Part shown: piece after piece, positions 11,300 to 22,457 of the stretch
Position numbering within the stretch: the stretch's first letter is position 1
How the letters are laid out: each line of letters begins with the position of its first letter
Sequence record: NZ_CP128202.1
Source of the DNA: a plasmid
Length of the DNA: 64,000 bases
Strand: one strand, 5' to 3'
Notes under the pieces: model-generated
What the model was told of the DNA's origin: nothing
The model's input: the letters and a program-made list of their open reading frames with translations, nothing else
Database searches by the model: none
Program-made: the position numbers and the translations under genes

Positions 11300-12652
11300 A
11301 TGTCACACATACACGATACTATTGTTGCGTTACAACACAGTAGCCCGGCTCAAAAAGAGTTTTACCAAGCCGTAGAAGAAGTATTAACTTCTCTCGCTCC
11401 AGTCATAGAAAGCAATAATAAATATAAAGAACAAGCGATTATCCAAAGAATCGTAGAACCAGAACGTCAAATCATGTTTCGAGTTCCTTGGGTCGATGAC
11501 GCAGGGAATGTGCAAGTAAACAAAGGCTACCGCGTCGAGTTTAACTCCGCGTTAGGTCCATACAAAGGCGGACTGAGGTTCCATCATTCAGTGAACGCGA
11601 GCATCATAAAGTTCCTCGGCTTTGAACAGATTTTTAAAAACGCGCTTACTGGCCTTCCAATTGGTGGCGGAAAAGGCGGTTCAAATTTCGATCCTAAAGG
11701 AAAATCTGACGGTGAAATCATGCGATTTTGCCAATCATTTATGAACGAGTTATACCGCCACATTGGTCCCGTTACCGATGTTCCTGCTGGCGATATCGGC
11801 GTCGGTGCGCGTGAAATTGGTTATATGTTTGGTCAATATAAACGATTGACGGGCCGCTACGAAGGAGTACTTACAGGCAAGAGCCTTCTTTGGGGGGGCT
11901 CACTTGTTAGAAAAGAAGCAACGGGATACGGAACCGTATATTTTGCGGAATGCATGCTCAATGACCGTAATGATTCACTAAAAGGCAAAACTTGCCTCGT
12001 TTCTGGCGCAGGTAACGTCGCTATCTATGCAATTGAAAAGCTATACCACATGGGAGCAACCCCAGTAACATGCAGCGATTCTAGAGGCACGATTTATCAT
12101 GAACACGGTATTGATCTGCAGCTCCTCAAGCAACTAAAAGAAGTGAAAAGAGCAAGTTTAGAAGAGTATTTAGACACTTACCCTGAAGCAGAGTATACGC
12201 CGTTGGGTGACTATCCTAATGAAGGGCATGCTGTATGGCGATATCAAGCTGACGCCGCATTCCCTTGCGCGACCCAAAATGAACTGACGTCAAACGATGC
12301 TCTTGCTCTTATCGATAATGGGTGTGTTTTGATTAGTGAAGGCGCAAACATGCCAACCACTCGTGATGCGGTCAATATCATCGTGGATTCCGAAATGGCT
12401 TATGGGCCAGCGAAAGCAGCCAATGCAGGCGGCGTTGCAACCAGTCAGCTTGAAATGGCACAAAATGCCAGCATGCAAAACTGGACCTTCGAGCAAGTCG
12501 ATAGCCAGTTGCAGACCATCATGAAAAACATCTTTATTAATGCAAACGAAACCAGTCGAGAGTTTGGTCAACCTGGTAATTTAGTTTTAGGCGCAAACAT
12601 TGCCGGCTTTAGAAGAGTCGCTGATGCCATGATCGAGCAAGGCATCGTTTAG
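11300..12652 (+). CDS. gdhA: NADP-specific glutamate dehydrogenase
   Basis: 450 aa with the Glu/Leu/Phe/Val dehydrogenase signature KGGLRFHHSVN..LPIGGGKGGSNFDPKGKSDGE and a Rossmann GAGNVA motif. Confidence 0.9.
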   Translation: MSHIHDTIVALQHSSPAQKEFYQAVEEVLTSLAPVIESNNKYKEQAIIQRIVEPERQIMFRVPWVDDAGNVQVNKGYRVEFNSALGPYKGGLRFHHSVNASIIKFLGFEQIFKNALTGLPIGGGKGGSNFDPKGKSDGEIMRFCQSFMNELYRHIGPVTDVPAGDIGVGAREIGYMFGQYKRLTGRYEGVLTGKSLLWGGSLVRKEATGYGTVYFAECMLNDRNDSLKGKTCLVSGAGNVAIYAIEKLYHMGATPVTCSDSRGTIYHEHGIDLQLLKQLKEVKRASLEEYLDTYPEAEYTPLGDYPNEGHAVWRYQADAAFPCATQNELTSNDALALIDNGCVLISEGANMPTTRDAVNIIVDSEMAYGPAKAANAGGVATSQLEMAQNASMQNWTFEQVDSQLQTIMKNIFINANETSREFGQPGNLVLGANIAGFRRVADAMIEQGIV

Positions 12653-12867
12653 TTCACAATAGCCAGCAGCCGGACTGCTGGCTTAACACTATTCGGCGAT
12701 ACACTGCGCTTTGACAAAGAGCTTCATTTAATCTGCAATAAGCGTCGTCACTTCAGTTTTAACCGAATTGGCGATAAAACAATTCTCATGAGCCATGTGG
12801 TGCATTTTTTCTAATTGAGATCGTGTCGGTTGATTATCACCAGCAAATGTTATCTTAGAGTTTAGTA

Positions 12868-13921
12868 GGCTTTGTTGCGTAATTCAGACGAGAAACCAAA
12901 CCTCCTAAAGTTGAGCGACTTTTATACAATATACGGAGTTTCAGGCATACCAAGCCCTGTAAGTTTGTTCAGTGCTTTGATCATGGCGTAAGTCTCGCCA
13001 ACCTGAGCGTTGTAGTTTCTCAGGCTTAATTTTCCACCTAACAACTGTTTCACCCGATACATTGCTGTCTCTGATAGCGAGCGCTTATGATAGCCATACC
13101 GATTTTTCCATTTCTTGTTGGAGCCGTAGAGCTTCTGACAACCTACTGCTAAATTGCGAGGGTGTCCTTGTTCCCAGAAGGTAGCTCCTTCTCGTGACGG
13201 GATAAGCGGAACCGCTCGCTTGAACCGTATAGCATCATGGCAATTCCTTGTGTCATAAGTGCCATCGCCTGATATCTCAATGATTTTATGACGTGTCTGC
13301 TTGAGTAAGTTGGGGAGCACTTCGGCATCAGTTACGTTAGATAAGCTCAGCTCTGCTGCGACTATTTCGTGGGTGCTTGTATCTACCGCGATATGTAGCT
13401 TACGCCAGACTCTTCGCTTCCCATCAGTTCCATGCTTCTTGACCTTCCATTCACCTTCGCCATAAACCTTGAGGCCAGTGGCATCAATTGCCAGATGTTG
13501 TATCGCACCTCTGGTTTTGGTTTTAAATGAAACCTCAACTTCCTTAGCTCGGCGGCTTATACAGGTGTAGTGTGGGCAAACAAGCGAGATGTTAGCCAGC
13601 TTAAATACTGAGTCTAAAAAACCTTGCAGCGCTCTCAATGGCATAGAGAAAACGCGTTTCACCATCAGAGCGGTAGTAATGGCTAAGTCGCTGAATCGGC
13701 GAGGTCTACCACGCTTGCCTTGTTTGTTTTGCTTCCACTCGGCTATCGCTTCCTCATCAATCCAAAAGGTCAGAGAACCACGTTTGATTAAGGCTTTATT
13801 GTACTGCTTCCAGTTAGTTGTTTTGTAACGAGGTTTAGGCATGAGGCTACGACGATTGATGGGCGTAACCGCTCAGATCGTAGCTTCTTGATTTAGTTCC
13901 ATCGAATTACGCAACAAAGCC
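12868..13921 (-). mobile_element. IS903-group (IS5 family) insertion sequence, copy 1
   Basis: The 1054-bp element is bounded by the 18-bp terminal inverted repeats GGCTTTGTTGCGTAATTC at 12868-12885 and its reverse complement at 13904-13921. The flanks differ (agtttagta vs ttcagttgg), so there is no 9-bp TSD. Confidence 0.8.
12922..13842 (-). CDS. IS903-like transposase (306 aa)
   Basis: Full-length IS5-family DDE transposase, about 94% identical to the other two copies. Confidence 0.9.
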   Translation of the reverse strand: MPKPRYKTTNWKQYNKALIKRGSLTFWIDEEAIAEWKQNKQGKRGRPRRFSDLAITTALMVKRVFSMPLRALQGFLDSVFKLANISLVCPHYTCISRRAKEVEVSFKTKTRGAIQHLAIDATGLKVYGEGEWKVKKHGTDGKRRVWRKLHIAVDTSTHEIVAAELSLSNVTDAEVLPNLLKQTRHKIIEISGDGTYDTRNCHDAIRFKRAVPLIPSREGATFWEQGHPRNLAVGCQKLYGSNKKWKNRYGYHKRSLSETAMYRVKQLLGGKLSLRNYNAQVGETYAMIKALNKLTGLGMPETPYIV

Positions 13922-14463
13922 TTCAGTTGGTGAAAGCCAATTCCTGAGACCTGAGATCAGAATTTATTCTACATATCTAAAAGCGAATGATGAAACGCCT
14001 TTTGCTGATAATAAGGACAGTCAACTGAGCTTTGGTATACAGATGGAAGCTTGGTGGTAAGACTCTAAAAATGAATCGGGCAATTCCCCCAATTGTCCGA
14101 ATATTTTGTTGAATGTATTTAAACGCTACACAGAATTTAAACTATTCATCGCTCCTGAAATTAGTCTCTCTAGACATCTTTACCCTTGATTTCTCCCGTA
14201 CTAATTTGTACCAGCTAAAAACGTTATAAGTTGAGTGAGTTTTACATACTTAAAGTAATTCGTGTTTAACTAAATTAAGTAGAAACTCTAACGAGCTTTT
14301 GTCCAAAACCTTCTCAAAATGGTTCAGAAATCTTGTGAACCCGTCATTCCGCAGCCAATTTCAGAATTAAAACAATGTGATCCAGTGATCGTTTACAAAT
14401 GTTAGTGCGACAGACCTCTTGACCGCGATCCCCAGTTTTGATCTATTACTGTTATTTAACGGT

Positions 14464-14825
14464 CACTTTATTATGTCTGCTGCTCAACCTGTCATTAAAC
14501 GCCTAGATCACTTAGGGCTGATCGCTGCTTTCTGCCATGAAATCGGCTTACCTGGTATTATTGATCGCGTCATTCCCAAGTACTCGGATCATAACGTTTC
14601 ACATGGCGATGCGGTCTTGGCTTTCACAGCAGAACGCTGCATATGTTTTCTGACTTCTTCGAGACGAAGCCTGTTGCCAAGTTGCTTGCTAAAGATATTG
14701 AAGCTCACCATTTAACGGACGATGTACTCGGACGCACGTTAGATGCTTTATATGAAGCAGATGTCTCCGCACTTTATCAAGCGATTGCAGAGCATGTCGT
14801 TGATAAGCTAGGACTTAAAACGTAA
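14464..14825 (+). pseudogene. Fragment of a DUF4277-type (IS1634/IS4-like) transposase N-terminus, frameshifted and truncated
   Basis: It matches the N-terminal about 120 aa of ORF 22454..23056. The reading frame breaks near 14640 and the fragment ends at 14825 next to an IS66 fragment. Confidence 0.55.
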
Positions 14826-14870
14826 TCGTTCACCAAGGTAACTTGACTCGATATTAACGGGGGGAACAGC

Positions 14871-15788
14871 CTATAGATCAAAGATGTTGGGGTACGGTCT
14901 CTTCGCCACAACAGCCGTGATGATCTCACTCAACACTGACATTGCCGACAAGCCACGTTTTTTGCAGGTTTCGATGAGGGTATGTACCCTACTGCGGAAT
15001 TTATCGCCTGCATCCGAGGTCGTTCCGAAGCTGATTTTCCTTTGGATTACAAAACCTCTAATACATCGCTCAGCTTCATTATTGGTTAAGGGGATTGACA
15101 CTTTCTTGAGGAAAACCCACAAGCTCTCTCTATGTTTGAGCAGTAACTTGCATCGCCCCCGATATCGCTTGACCATGACATCAGTCCCTTTGCTCAACCA
15201 ATGATCGAACGATTTCTGCAACCTACGCATTCTTCGTAAGTATAGCGCATAATTTAACTCATCTTGTTCATAACGATGCCGAGTATGGAAAATGGCGTTC
15301 GTCAGCAAACAAAGATGTCTGCCAATATAAGCGGTGTGGCCACCGCCACTATAATCCGCCATTTGCTGAAGGTTACGCTTCACATGTGCCCAACATAACT
15401 GATGACGGTCTGCGGCTATCCAGTTATAGCTAGGGCACTGGTCGCTGACCACAATGACTGCATAGTCTTCATCAATGACCTTTTTCGCTGATGAGGTCGA
15501 GCGCGAATAAAGTATTTGCTCATAGACAAGGTCATCACTTGCCACTAACCAACACCAGCGAAGGCTTTGTTCATCATTTCTGTGATGAGAGGTCTCGTCA
15601 GCATGAATCAAAGGTGATCTGAACCAGGTCACCGTTGCTACTGGAAAGGTTAGCGATCGTATCGCGCAGAGAAATAATCGGACGATAAAAAAGTTGATCA
15701 AGAAAATGCGATAACCACGCAAACTATCGTGGCAACAACCGTCGCAAGGATCGCATTGTTTCTGGTCCATCGAACTGAGCAAAGGCAA
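14871..15788 (-). pseudogene. IS66-family transposase (TnpC) C-terminal fragment
   Basis: HADETSH...CWAHVKRNL...NNEAERCIR... motifs of IS66 TnpC are present. The N-terminal zinc-finger/leucine-zipper part is missing. Confidence 0.65.
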
Positions 15789-15913
15789 TCGAACGGTCTA
15801 AGCCAATTGCCTAGTACCATTTTTGTCCCCAACATTAATAACATGTGAGAACAAGATTTTGGGTTACCCGTTAAGAGTGTAGTCAAACACAGAGCTCTGT
15901 TTACCAACAGCAT

Positions 15914-16424
15914 TCAGCACGGCTTCTTAAGCCTAGGATAATCCGTAACTTTGTCGCCACTTTTAGTAACAGACGACGATGAAGGCAGCAATGTCGTGTT
16001 GTCACTCATGATCACAGCCACCGCACTCGAGATAGTCGTTTTGACCATGTCGTTCAAAAACGATAAGGTCAGATCCGCGGATACGGTACCGCCCTGCATT
16101 TTTTCGATACAGGAAGCGCGCTGCGCTCTCCAGATTGAGCGCGTTAGCCAGAGACTTGGTCTGGTTAATCAGTTCATCGGCAGAGCCTGTCATCGGCTGG
16201 TTTTTATACTGTTGGGCAATTTTGCTCACACCGCCGGCTTTCTCATCGATGTAGGAGCTGATCATTTCCGCTTGCTCCAATACAAAACTGTTACTTTGAG
16301 CCATAATACTCTTAGTCAAAGAGGTTTTTGCTCGTAGTGGCCAATGCAACGGAGATTGCAACCAGTAAGATAACGGACAATAATAAGGTCCTTTTAATGC
16401 CATGTTTTTCATTATTTTTTCCAT
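15914..16424 (-). pseudogene. Frameshifted gene for a secreted hypothetical protein
   Basis: The 140-aa ORF has a signal-peptide-like N-terminus. It continues in another frame (15914..16099) after a T6 run at about 16068, and abuts the IS66 fragment. Confidence 0.3.
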
Positions 16425-16598
16425 CTCAGATGGTGATTTATGGCAGTACTAACTGGGTATTTTTTATATTAGGAGAGTTTTATATCCAATGGAAATGACC
16501 TAAATCATTTTCTTGGAAAAAGAGAAGCACTCACATTATCTGAGTGCTTAGCTTCTCACGACATCTAGTGAATTTTTATAACCAACAATGGAGAGAAA

Positions 16599-18242
16599 AT
16601 GAGTAGCGATAATGGTGGTGTTCCCCACCCTAGTGGCAAAGCAAACCCAATCGATACGGATTATACCGTTGGTCAGGACAACGTCGTTCTTTCCGTCGGT
16701 CCGTTTGGCCTGGACATTCATAACCGGGTTTTCGCCGTCTCAGGCTTAGCGATTGTCATCTTTGTATTTGCAACCCTAATCTTTCGCGAACAAGTCGAAC
16801 CCCTGTTTCTTCACTTAAGATCTTGGCTCACCTCAAGTTTTGATTGGTTCTTCTTGTTATCAGGTAACATTTTTGTTGTCGTCTGTCTCGGACTGGCCAT
16901 ATCACCGTTAGGCCGGGTCAGAATCGGCGGTACCGATGCCACTCCGGATTATTCCTATTCAGGATGGCTGGCGATGTTATTTGCGGCCGGCATGGGGATT
17001 GGCCTAGTCTTCTTTGGCGTTTCTGAACCCATGACCCATTTCACTACCGCGCTGGGCGGCACCACACTGGAAAATGGTGTGCGTACCGACTGGGCACCAC
17101 TGGGTGGTGCGATGGGTGATACCGAAGCCGCACGTTCGCTCGGTATGGCAGCGACGATTTACCATTGGGCACTTCACCCTTGGGCAATATACGCATTGCT
17201 GGCTCTGGGACTGGCTATTTTCTCGTTCAACAAAGGGTTACCACTGACTATGCGTTCAGTGTTCTATCCGCTGTTTGGCGAACGAGTCTGGGGCTGGACT
17301 GGTCATATCATCGATATTCTGGCAATTGTGGCGACGGTCTTCGGTCTGGCGACATCTCTGGGCTACGGCGCGTCTCAGGCTGCGACCGGGTTAAACTTCC
17401 TGTTTGATATCCCATTGACTGACACCACGCAAATTATTCTGATCATTGTGATCACTGCATTTGCACTGCTGTCTGTACTGGCTGGCCTTGATGGCGGCGT
17501 AAAACGCCTGTCAGAAATGAACATGCTGCTGGCTGCACTGCTGCTGTTTTTCGTGGTAGTCATCGGTCCGACAGCCGCGATTCTGCTCGGATTTTTCGAT
17601 AATATCGGTGCTTATCTGACCAACTTCCCTGCACTGTCGATGCCATTTGGCCGTGAAGATGTGAACTATTCTCAAGGCTGGACATCGTTCTACTGGGCGT
17701 GGTGGATTTCATGGTCACCATTCGTCGGTATGTTCATTGCTCGTGTATCACGTGGCCGAACCGTACGCGAGTTTATCGTCTGTGTGCTGATTGTTCCGTC
17801 AACCGTGTGTGTGTTCTGGATGACGGCGTTCGGTGGTACCGCGATCAGTCAATACGTCAACGATGGTTATAAAGCCGTGATGGACGCAGACCTGCCATTG
17901 AAACTGTTCGAAATGCTTGAAGTTATGCCTCTGCATGAAATTACATCATTCATCGGTATCGTACTGGTCGTTGTGTTCTTTATCACATCATCGGATTCAG
18001 GTTCGCTGGTTATCGATACCATTGCTGCCGGCGGTAAAGTGGATGCACCGACACCACAGCGCGTGTTCTGGTGTACCTTCGAAGGCTTAGTAGCGATAGC
18101 ATTGCTGCTGGGTGGTGGTTTGGCTGCGGCGCAGGCGATGGCGGTAACAACCGGCTTCCCGTTCACTATCGTCTTGTTGATAGCGACAATATCGCTGATT
18201 AAAGGCCTGATGAGTGAACCGCGGGTTAAGAAAGCCAAATAA
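16599..18242 (+). CDS. BCCT-family (betaine/carnitine/choline) transporter
   Basis: 547 aa polytopic protein with the BCCT signature region WTSFYWAWWISWSPFVGMFIARVSRGRTVREF. Confidence 0.85.
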   Translation: MSSDNGGVPHPSGKANPIDTDYTVGQDNVVLSVGPFGLDIHNRVFAVSGLAIVIFVFATLIFREQVEPLFLHLRSWLTSSFDWFFLLSGNIFVVVCLGLAISPLGRVRIGGTDATPDYSYSGWLAMLFAAGMGIGLVFFGVSEPMTHFTTALGGTTLENGVRTDWAPLGGAMGDTEAARSLGMAATIYHWALHPWAIYALLALGLAIFSFNKGLPLTMRSVFYPLFGERVWGWTGHIIDILAIVATVFGLATSLGYGASQAATGLNFLFDIPLTDTTQIILIIVITAFALLSVLAGLDGGVKRLSEMNMLLAALLLFFVVVIGPTAAILLGFFDNIGAYLTNFPALSMPFGREDVNYSQGWTSFYWAWWISWSPFVGMFIARVSRGRTVREFIVCVLIVPSTVCVFWMTAFGGTAISQYVNDGYKAVMDADLPLKLFEMLEVMPLHEITSFIGIVLVVVFFITSSDSGSLVIDTIAAGGKVDAPTPQRVFWCTFEGLVAIALLLGGGLAAAQAMAVTTGFPFTIVLLIATISLIKGLMSEPRVKKAK

Positions 18243-18378
18243 CGGTTTACTTTAAAAGACAATGGGCAGGCTCCGTGTCCGAGTTTGTGTAACGGAGCCA
18301 CTCATTGACAAAGTGACTATTCAGTCTCTCGTCATCAATATGTAAACACATTTCAGGACGAGACACTGATACGAAAAA

Positions 18379-18408
18379 GCCTCGCAGTGATAACTGCGAG
18401 GCTTTTTT
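18379..18408. terminator. Bidirectional Rho-independent terminator
   Basis: gcctcgcagtgataactgcgaggc followed by tttttt. It lies between the convergent BCCT and MscS genes. Confidence 0.65.
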
Positions 18409-18437
18409 ATGTAGCATTAAACGCTAATGGCTGAGCA

Positions 18438-19295
18438 TCAGGCCTTGTTCTGACCCAGCAATTCCTGCGCTTGAGGCTGAGTCATCGTAATGTGCAGATC
18501 ACGTTGCGGGAACGGAATGGTCATACCCGCTTCCTCAATCTTACCTTTCACCTGACGCTGAATGCTCCAGTAGGTTTCCCAGTATTTATCCGTGGTACAC
18601 CAGGCGCGTAGTTGCAGATTCACTGAGCTGTCCGCCAGCATCTGAACCATCACCTGCGGTTTCGGATCCAGCATGACTGCTTCATGGCTGAGCGCTAAAT
18701 CCTGAAGCACTTTCAGGCCGGTTTCAATTGAATCCTCGTAAGAGATACCTACCACGATTTCCATACGACGACGGCCGTTACGGCTGAAGTTACGAATGGT
18801 TGCGTTCCAGACGGTGCGATTCGGGCTGGAAATATACAGGCCGTCACCGGTTTCAAATACTGAGGTGAACAAACCAATATCTTTTACCGTACCGCTGTAA
18901 CCGGCAAACTCAACGAATTCACCTTTTTTTATCGGTTTCAGGAACAAAATCATAATCCCCGCAGCAATATTGCTCAGGGTATCTTTTAATGCCAGGCCAA
19001 TCGCCAAACCGGCCGCACCGACTAAGGCAACCAAACTGGTGGTATTGACACCAAACAGGTCGAGAATAATGACCAGAGCGAGAATGTAGACAATATAACC
19101 ACCGACTTTAGACATCAGAGACGCGACAATCTCATCACCATTGCTCACTTTCATAATGGCTTTCTGAATACCGGCACGCATCAGTTTTGATGCGATAGAA
19201 GCAATCACTAAAATAAGCAGGGTTAAAATTGAGTTCTGGATGATATCCAGAATCAACGCCTGATGTGTCTCGTAAAAGCTGACGAGTAACTCCAT
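18438..19295 (-). CDS. MscS-family small-conductance mechanosensitive channel
   Basis: 285 aa with three N-terminal TM helices followed by an MscS beta-domain-like region. Confidence 0.8.
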   Translation of the reverse strand: MELLVSFYETHQALILDIIQNSILTLLILVIASIASKLMRAGIQKAIMKVSNGDEIVASLMSKVGGYIVYILALVIILDLFGVNTTSLVALVGAAGLAIGLALKDTLSNIAAGIMILFLKPIKKGEFVEFAGYSGTVKDIGLFTSVFETGDGLYISSPNRTVWNATIRNFSRNGRRRMEIVVGISYEDSIETGLKVLQDLALSHEAVMLDPKPQVMVQMLADSSVNLQLRAWCTTDKYWETYWSIQRQVKGKIEEAGMTIPFPQRDLHITMTQPQAQELLGQNKA

Positions 19296-19372
19296 TTTTA
19301 TCTCCGTAACGGGTTATGGATGTTGTAAAACGGTACCCGGATATCTCAACCAGGCACCAGCATTAAGCAGCG

Positions 19373-19900
19373 CTAACCAACACTGCCTTGAATCAAGTAA
19401 ATGTTATAACTTAAATAACACAGAACGAACACTCCCCCTTCCAGGCGGGAAATAGTTTTTGCTTTACCAATTTTTACCGCAGTGAAGAGCAGCAAGGCCG
19501 TACAGAACAGGACCGATGACCAGTCACGCCAGAAAATTTCCGCTCCAACATCGGAAATCGGCTCAATGGCACCGGCAATACCGACCACGGCCAGCGAATT
19601 AAACATGTTTGAGCCTACCACGTTACCGACAGCCAAGTCATGCTCACCTTTACGCGCTGCCGCAAGCGATGCCGCCAGTTCCGGCAATGAAGTCCCCAGA
19701 GCGACAATCGTCAGACCAATCGTCAGTTCACTGACACCCAGTTCCTGAGCAATATTGACCGCTCCCCACACTAAAATGCGAGAGCTCGCGACCAGCAACA
19801 CCAAACCGGTAACGAGCCAGAAAATAGCGCGGGATAAGGTCATAGATTGCGGCATCACCTGTTGTTCTACTTCAGGCGATAGCTGGCTTTTCCGTGGCAT
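19373..19900 (-). pseudogene. C-terminal half of a CaCA-family (YrbG-like) Na+/Ca2+ exchanger
   Basis: Only one alpha-repeat is present (GTSLPELAASLAAARKGEHDLAVGNVVGSNMFN). The expected N-terminal half would lie where the IS110 element now sits. Confidence 0.5.
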
Positions 19901-20017
19901 TCGTTCACTGGATGAGCAACAACAGAAGTGATCCGCACCAGCAGATAATTGGACTCCCCTCCTTACTAACCGTAAGCTAGATAATTCGAAGCTTGCTACA
20001 TAAAACTGGAGTTCAGC

Positions 20018-21055
20018 ATGAAGAAAACTATCGTTGGTGTCGACTTAGCAAAGAAAGTGGTTCAAGTTTGTGTCTATGCAAACAAGAAGGTGCGTTCCAA
20101 TACCGAAATGACGCCGAATGAATTCGCTTTGTGGTTAGCTAACTCCAAGCCAATGACAGTGATATTTGAAGCGTGTAGTACTTCCAATTACTGGAAGCAG
20201 CGGACTGCATCTTTAGGTCATGATGCCCGACTTATTTCTCCAAATTTAGTTGCTTCAGTAAGACAAAATCAAAAAACAGATAAGAATGATGCACTGGCCA
20301 TTATTCAAGCTTCATTGCTTCCAGATGTCGCATTTGTTTCTGGAAAATCTGTAGAACAACAGCAGCTTCAATCCATAATGCGCATGAGAGAGCTTTGCAT
20401 GAAGCAAAAGACAGCCGCGAAAAATCAGATTATCGCTTTGCTATCGGAGTTCAATATTAAAGTGTCTAAGCGCAAGGGTGGATTATTACGAGTTATTGAA
20501 TCAACACTTGAAGATGCTGAAAACGGCTTTTCTATGGAGTTCAGGGTTGCTCTCTGTGCAGCTAAAGAACAGTATCTCACTTTGGTTGAAACTATTAGTA
20601 CTTACGATACCTGCCTTGAGCAATCTATAAAGTCTCATCCCGACTGCAAAAAACTTCTGAAGATCGAGGGAATCGGAATACTGAACGCCATAAACTTGTA
20701 CATTGCACTGGGCTGCGCGGATATCGGCTCTTTCACAAAAGGGAAAGATGCCGCGGCATGTATTGGTTTAACACCGATACAACACTCCTCGGGAGGTAAA
20801 TCCAAGGTGGGGTCTATAGGTCGCCGAACAAAGAATACCATTTTAAGAAGTCAATTGATAACAGGGGCAATGTCTATAGTCAATCACTTAGGGACTAGAG
20901 CAGCTAAAACGAAGAAAGAGCTATGGCTTAAAGCGCTGATTGAGCGTCGAGGCAAAAAGTGTGCAGCAGTCGCTTTAGCCAATAAAAATGTTAGAACAGC
21001 CTTCGCCTTGCTTACCCAAGGTTCGGAATACAAAGCGGATCCTGTATCAGCTTAA
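20018..21055 (+). CDS. IS110-family transposase
   Basis: 345 aa. The N-terminal DEDD-type domain (VGVDLAKKVVQVCV) and C-terminal Transposase_20-like region are present. Confidence 0.85.
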   Translation: MKKTIVGVDLAKKVVQVCVYANKKVRSNTEMTPNEFALWLANSKPMTVIFEACSTSNYWKQRTASLGHDARLISPNLVASVRQNQKTDKNDALAIIQASLLPDVAFVSGKSVEQQQLQSIMRMRELCMKQKTAAKNQIIALLSEFNIKVSKRKGGLLRVIESTLEDAENGFSMEFRVALCAAKEQYLTLVETISTYDTCLEQSIKSHPDCKKLLKIEGIGILNAINLYIALGCADIGSFTKGKDAAACIGLTPIQHSSGGKSKVGSIGRRTKNTILRSQLITGAMSIVNHLGTRAAKTKKELWLKALIERRGKKCAAVALANKNVRTAFALLTQGSEYKADPVSA

Positions 21056-21310
21056 ACGTGTCAAAACAGTGAAATGCATATATGATAAAAATCAACTGGT
21101 TATGCAGGTCCAAAACAAGAGCTTCTAGCTCGTCTAGCAGAATTGCAACTAGTTCGCGTAAATATCATAGAGCCTGAGTTCGCTACTCTTCGAGAGCTCG
21201 TACATAAGTGCGCATTTATTTCATATTATAATTTTTACTGTTGACAACGGGGAGTCCACATAAGTTTTGGACACTGAGTTAAGTGAGTACAATCACTAAC
21301 GAGGTGAACC

Positions 21311-21592
21311 ATGACAAACAAGAAGAAACGTATTATCCATTCTCCTGAATTTAAAGCCGAAACTCTGAAGCTAGCAGAGAACGTGGGAGTCGCTGCGGCA
21401 GCAAGACAGCTCTCCTTACATGAATCTCAGATCTACGCTTGGCGCAAGACTGTAAAGAAAGACACCACAACCAGTCAGCGAGAACAAGAGCTAGCCGCTG
21501 AAGTAGCCAAGCTTAAAAGGCAGTTGGCAGAACAAGCAGAAGAGCTAGATATCGTAAAAAAGGCCACCTACTTCGCGAAAAATCTAAAGTAG
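21311..21592 (+). CDS. IS3-family transposase OrfA
   Basis: 93 aa HTH/leucine-zipper protein. OrfB follows in the -1 frame. Confidence 0.8.
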   Translation: MTNKKKRIIHSPEFKAETLKLAENVGVAAAARQLSLHESQIYAWRKTVKKDTTTSQREQELAAEVAKLKRQLAEQAEELDIVKKATYFAKNLK

Positions 21593-21606
21593 ATTGCTAT
21601 GAATTC

Positions 21607-22457
21607 ATGCTAGAACACCTGCTGTGCTTCAGTGTTGTCCGCATGGCTAAGGTGTTCAGGGTTTCTCGAAGTGGGTTTTATTATTGGATTAAGCATCGCC
21701 ACAAGGCTATTCAACGCGAAGCAACTCGCCAAGAACTTGATACAAAGGTTAAAGATGCTTTTGACAACAGTAAGGGGAGAGATGGTTCAAGGCGCATCCA
21801 GAAAGAACAGTCTGAGAACGGTGATAGCCATGATGTTAAAACCATTGCAGCCAGCATGAAGCGTCAGGATTTAACGCCGAAAGCGGCACGCAAGTTTAAG
21901 TGTACAACGGACAGCAAGCATAAGATGCCTGTAGCTCCGAACTTGCTAGCTCAGGACTTTAATGCAACGGCCCCGAATCAGAAATGGGCGGGAGATATCA
22001 CGTATCTTGCCACAAGCGAAGGCTGGTTGTATTTGGCTGTGATCATTGACCTTTACTCACGACAAGTAATAGGCTGGTCGATGGATACGAGGATGACGGC
22101 AACACTGGTCTGCGATGCATTATCAATGGCTCGTTCCGTCGAGGCTTCCCAGAGGAAGTTATTGTTCATAGTGATCGGGGTAGCCAGTATTGCTCAAAAG
22201 ATTATCGAGACCTCATAACTGCTTATAATCTAAAACAAAGTATGAGTAGGAAAGGAAACTGCTGGGACAATGCTTGTGTTGAGAGCTTCTTTCATTCGAT
22301 GAAAGTAGAAGCGATTCAATACGAACCGATAATGACGAGAGATGAGATGCGCCAAACGGTCTTCGAGTACATAGAGGTTGATTATAATCGGACGAGAAGG
22401 CACAGTGCTCTTGGATATCTAAGCCCAGTTAACTTTGAACAGCAAAATGTCGCTTAA
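21607..22457 (+). pseudogene. IS3-family transposase OrfB, disrupted by a 1-nt frameshift near 22130
   Basis: The first part runs ...[11 protein letters not shown]... The expected continuation [20 protein letters not shown]...[13 protein letters not shown] reads in another frame. Confidence 0.7.
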
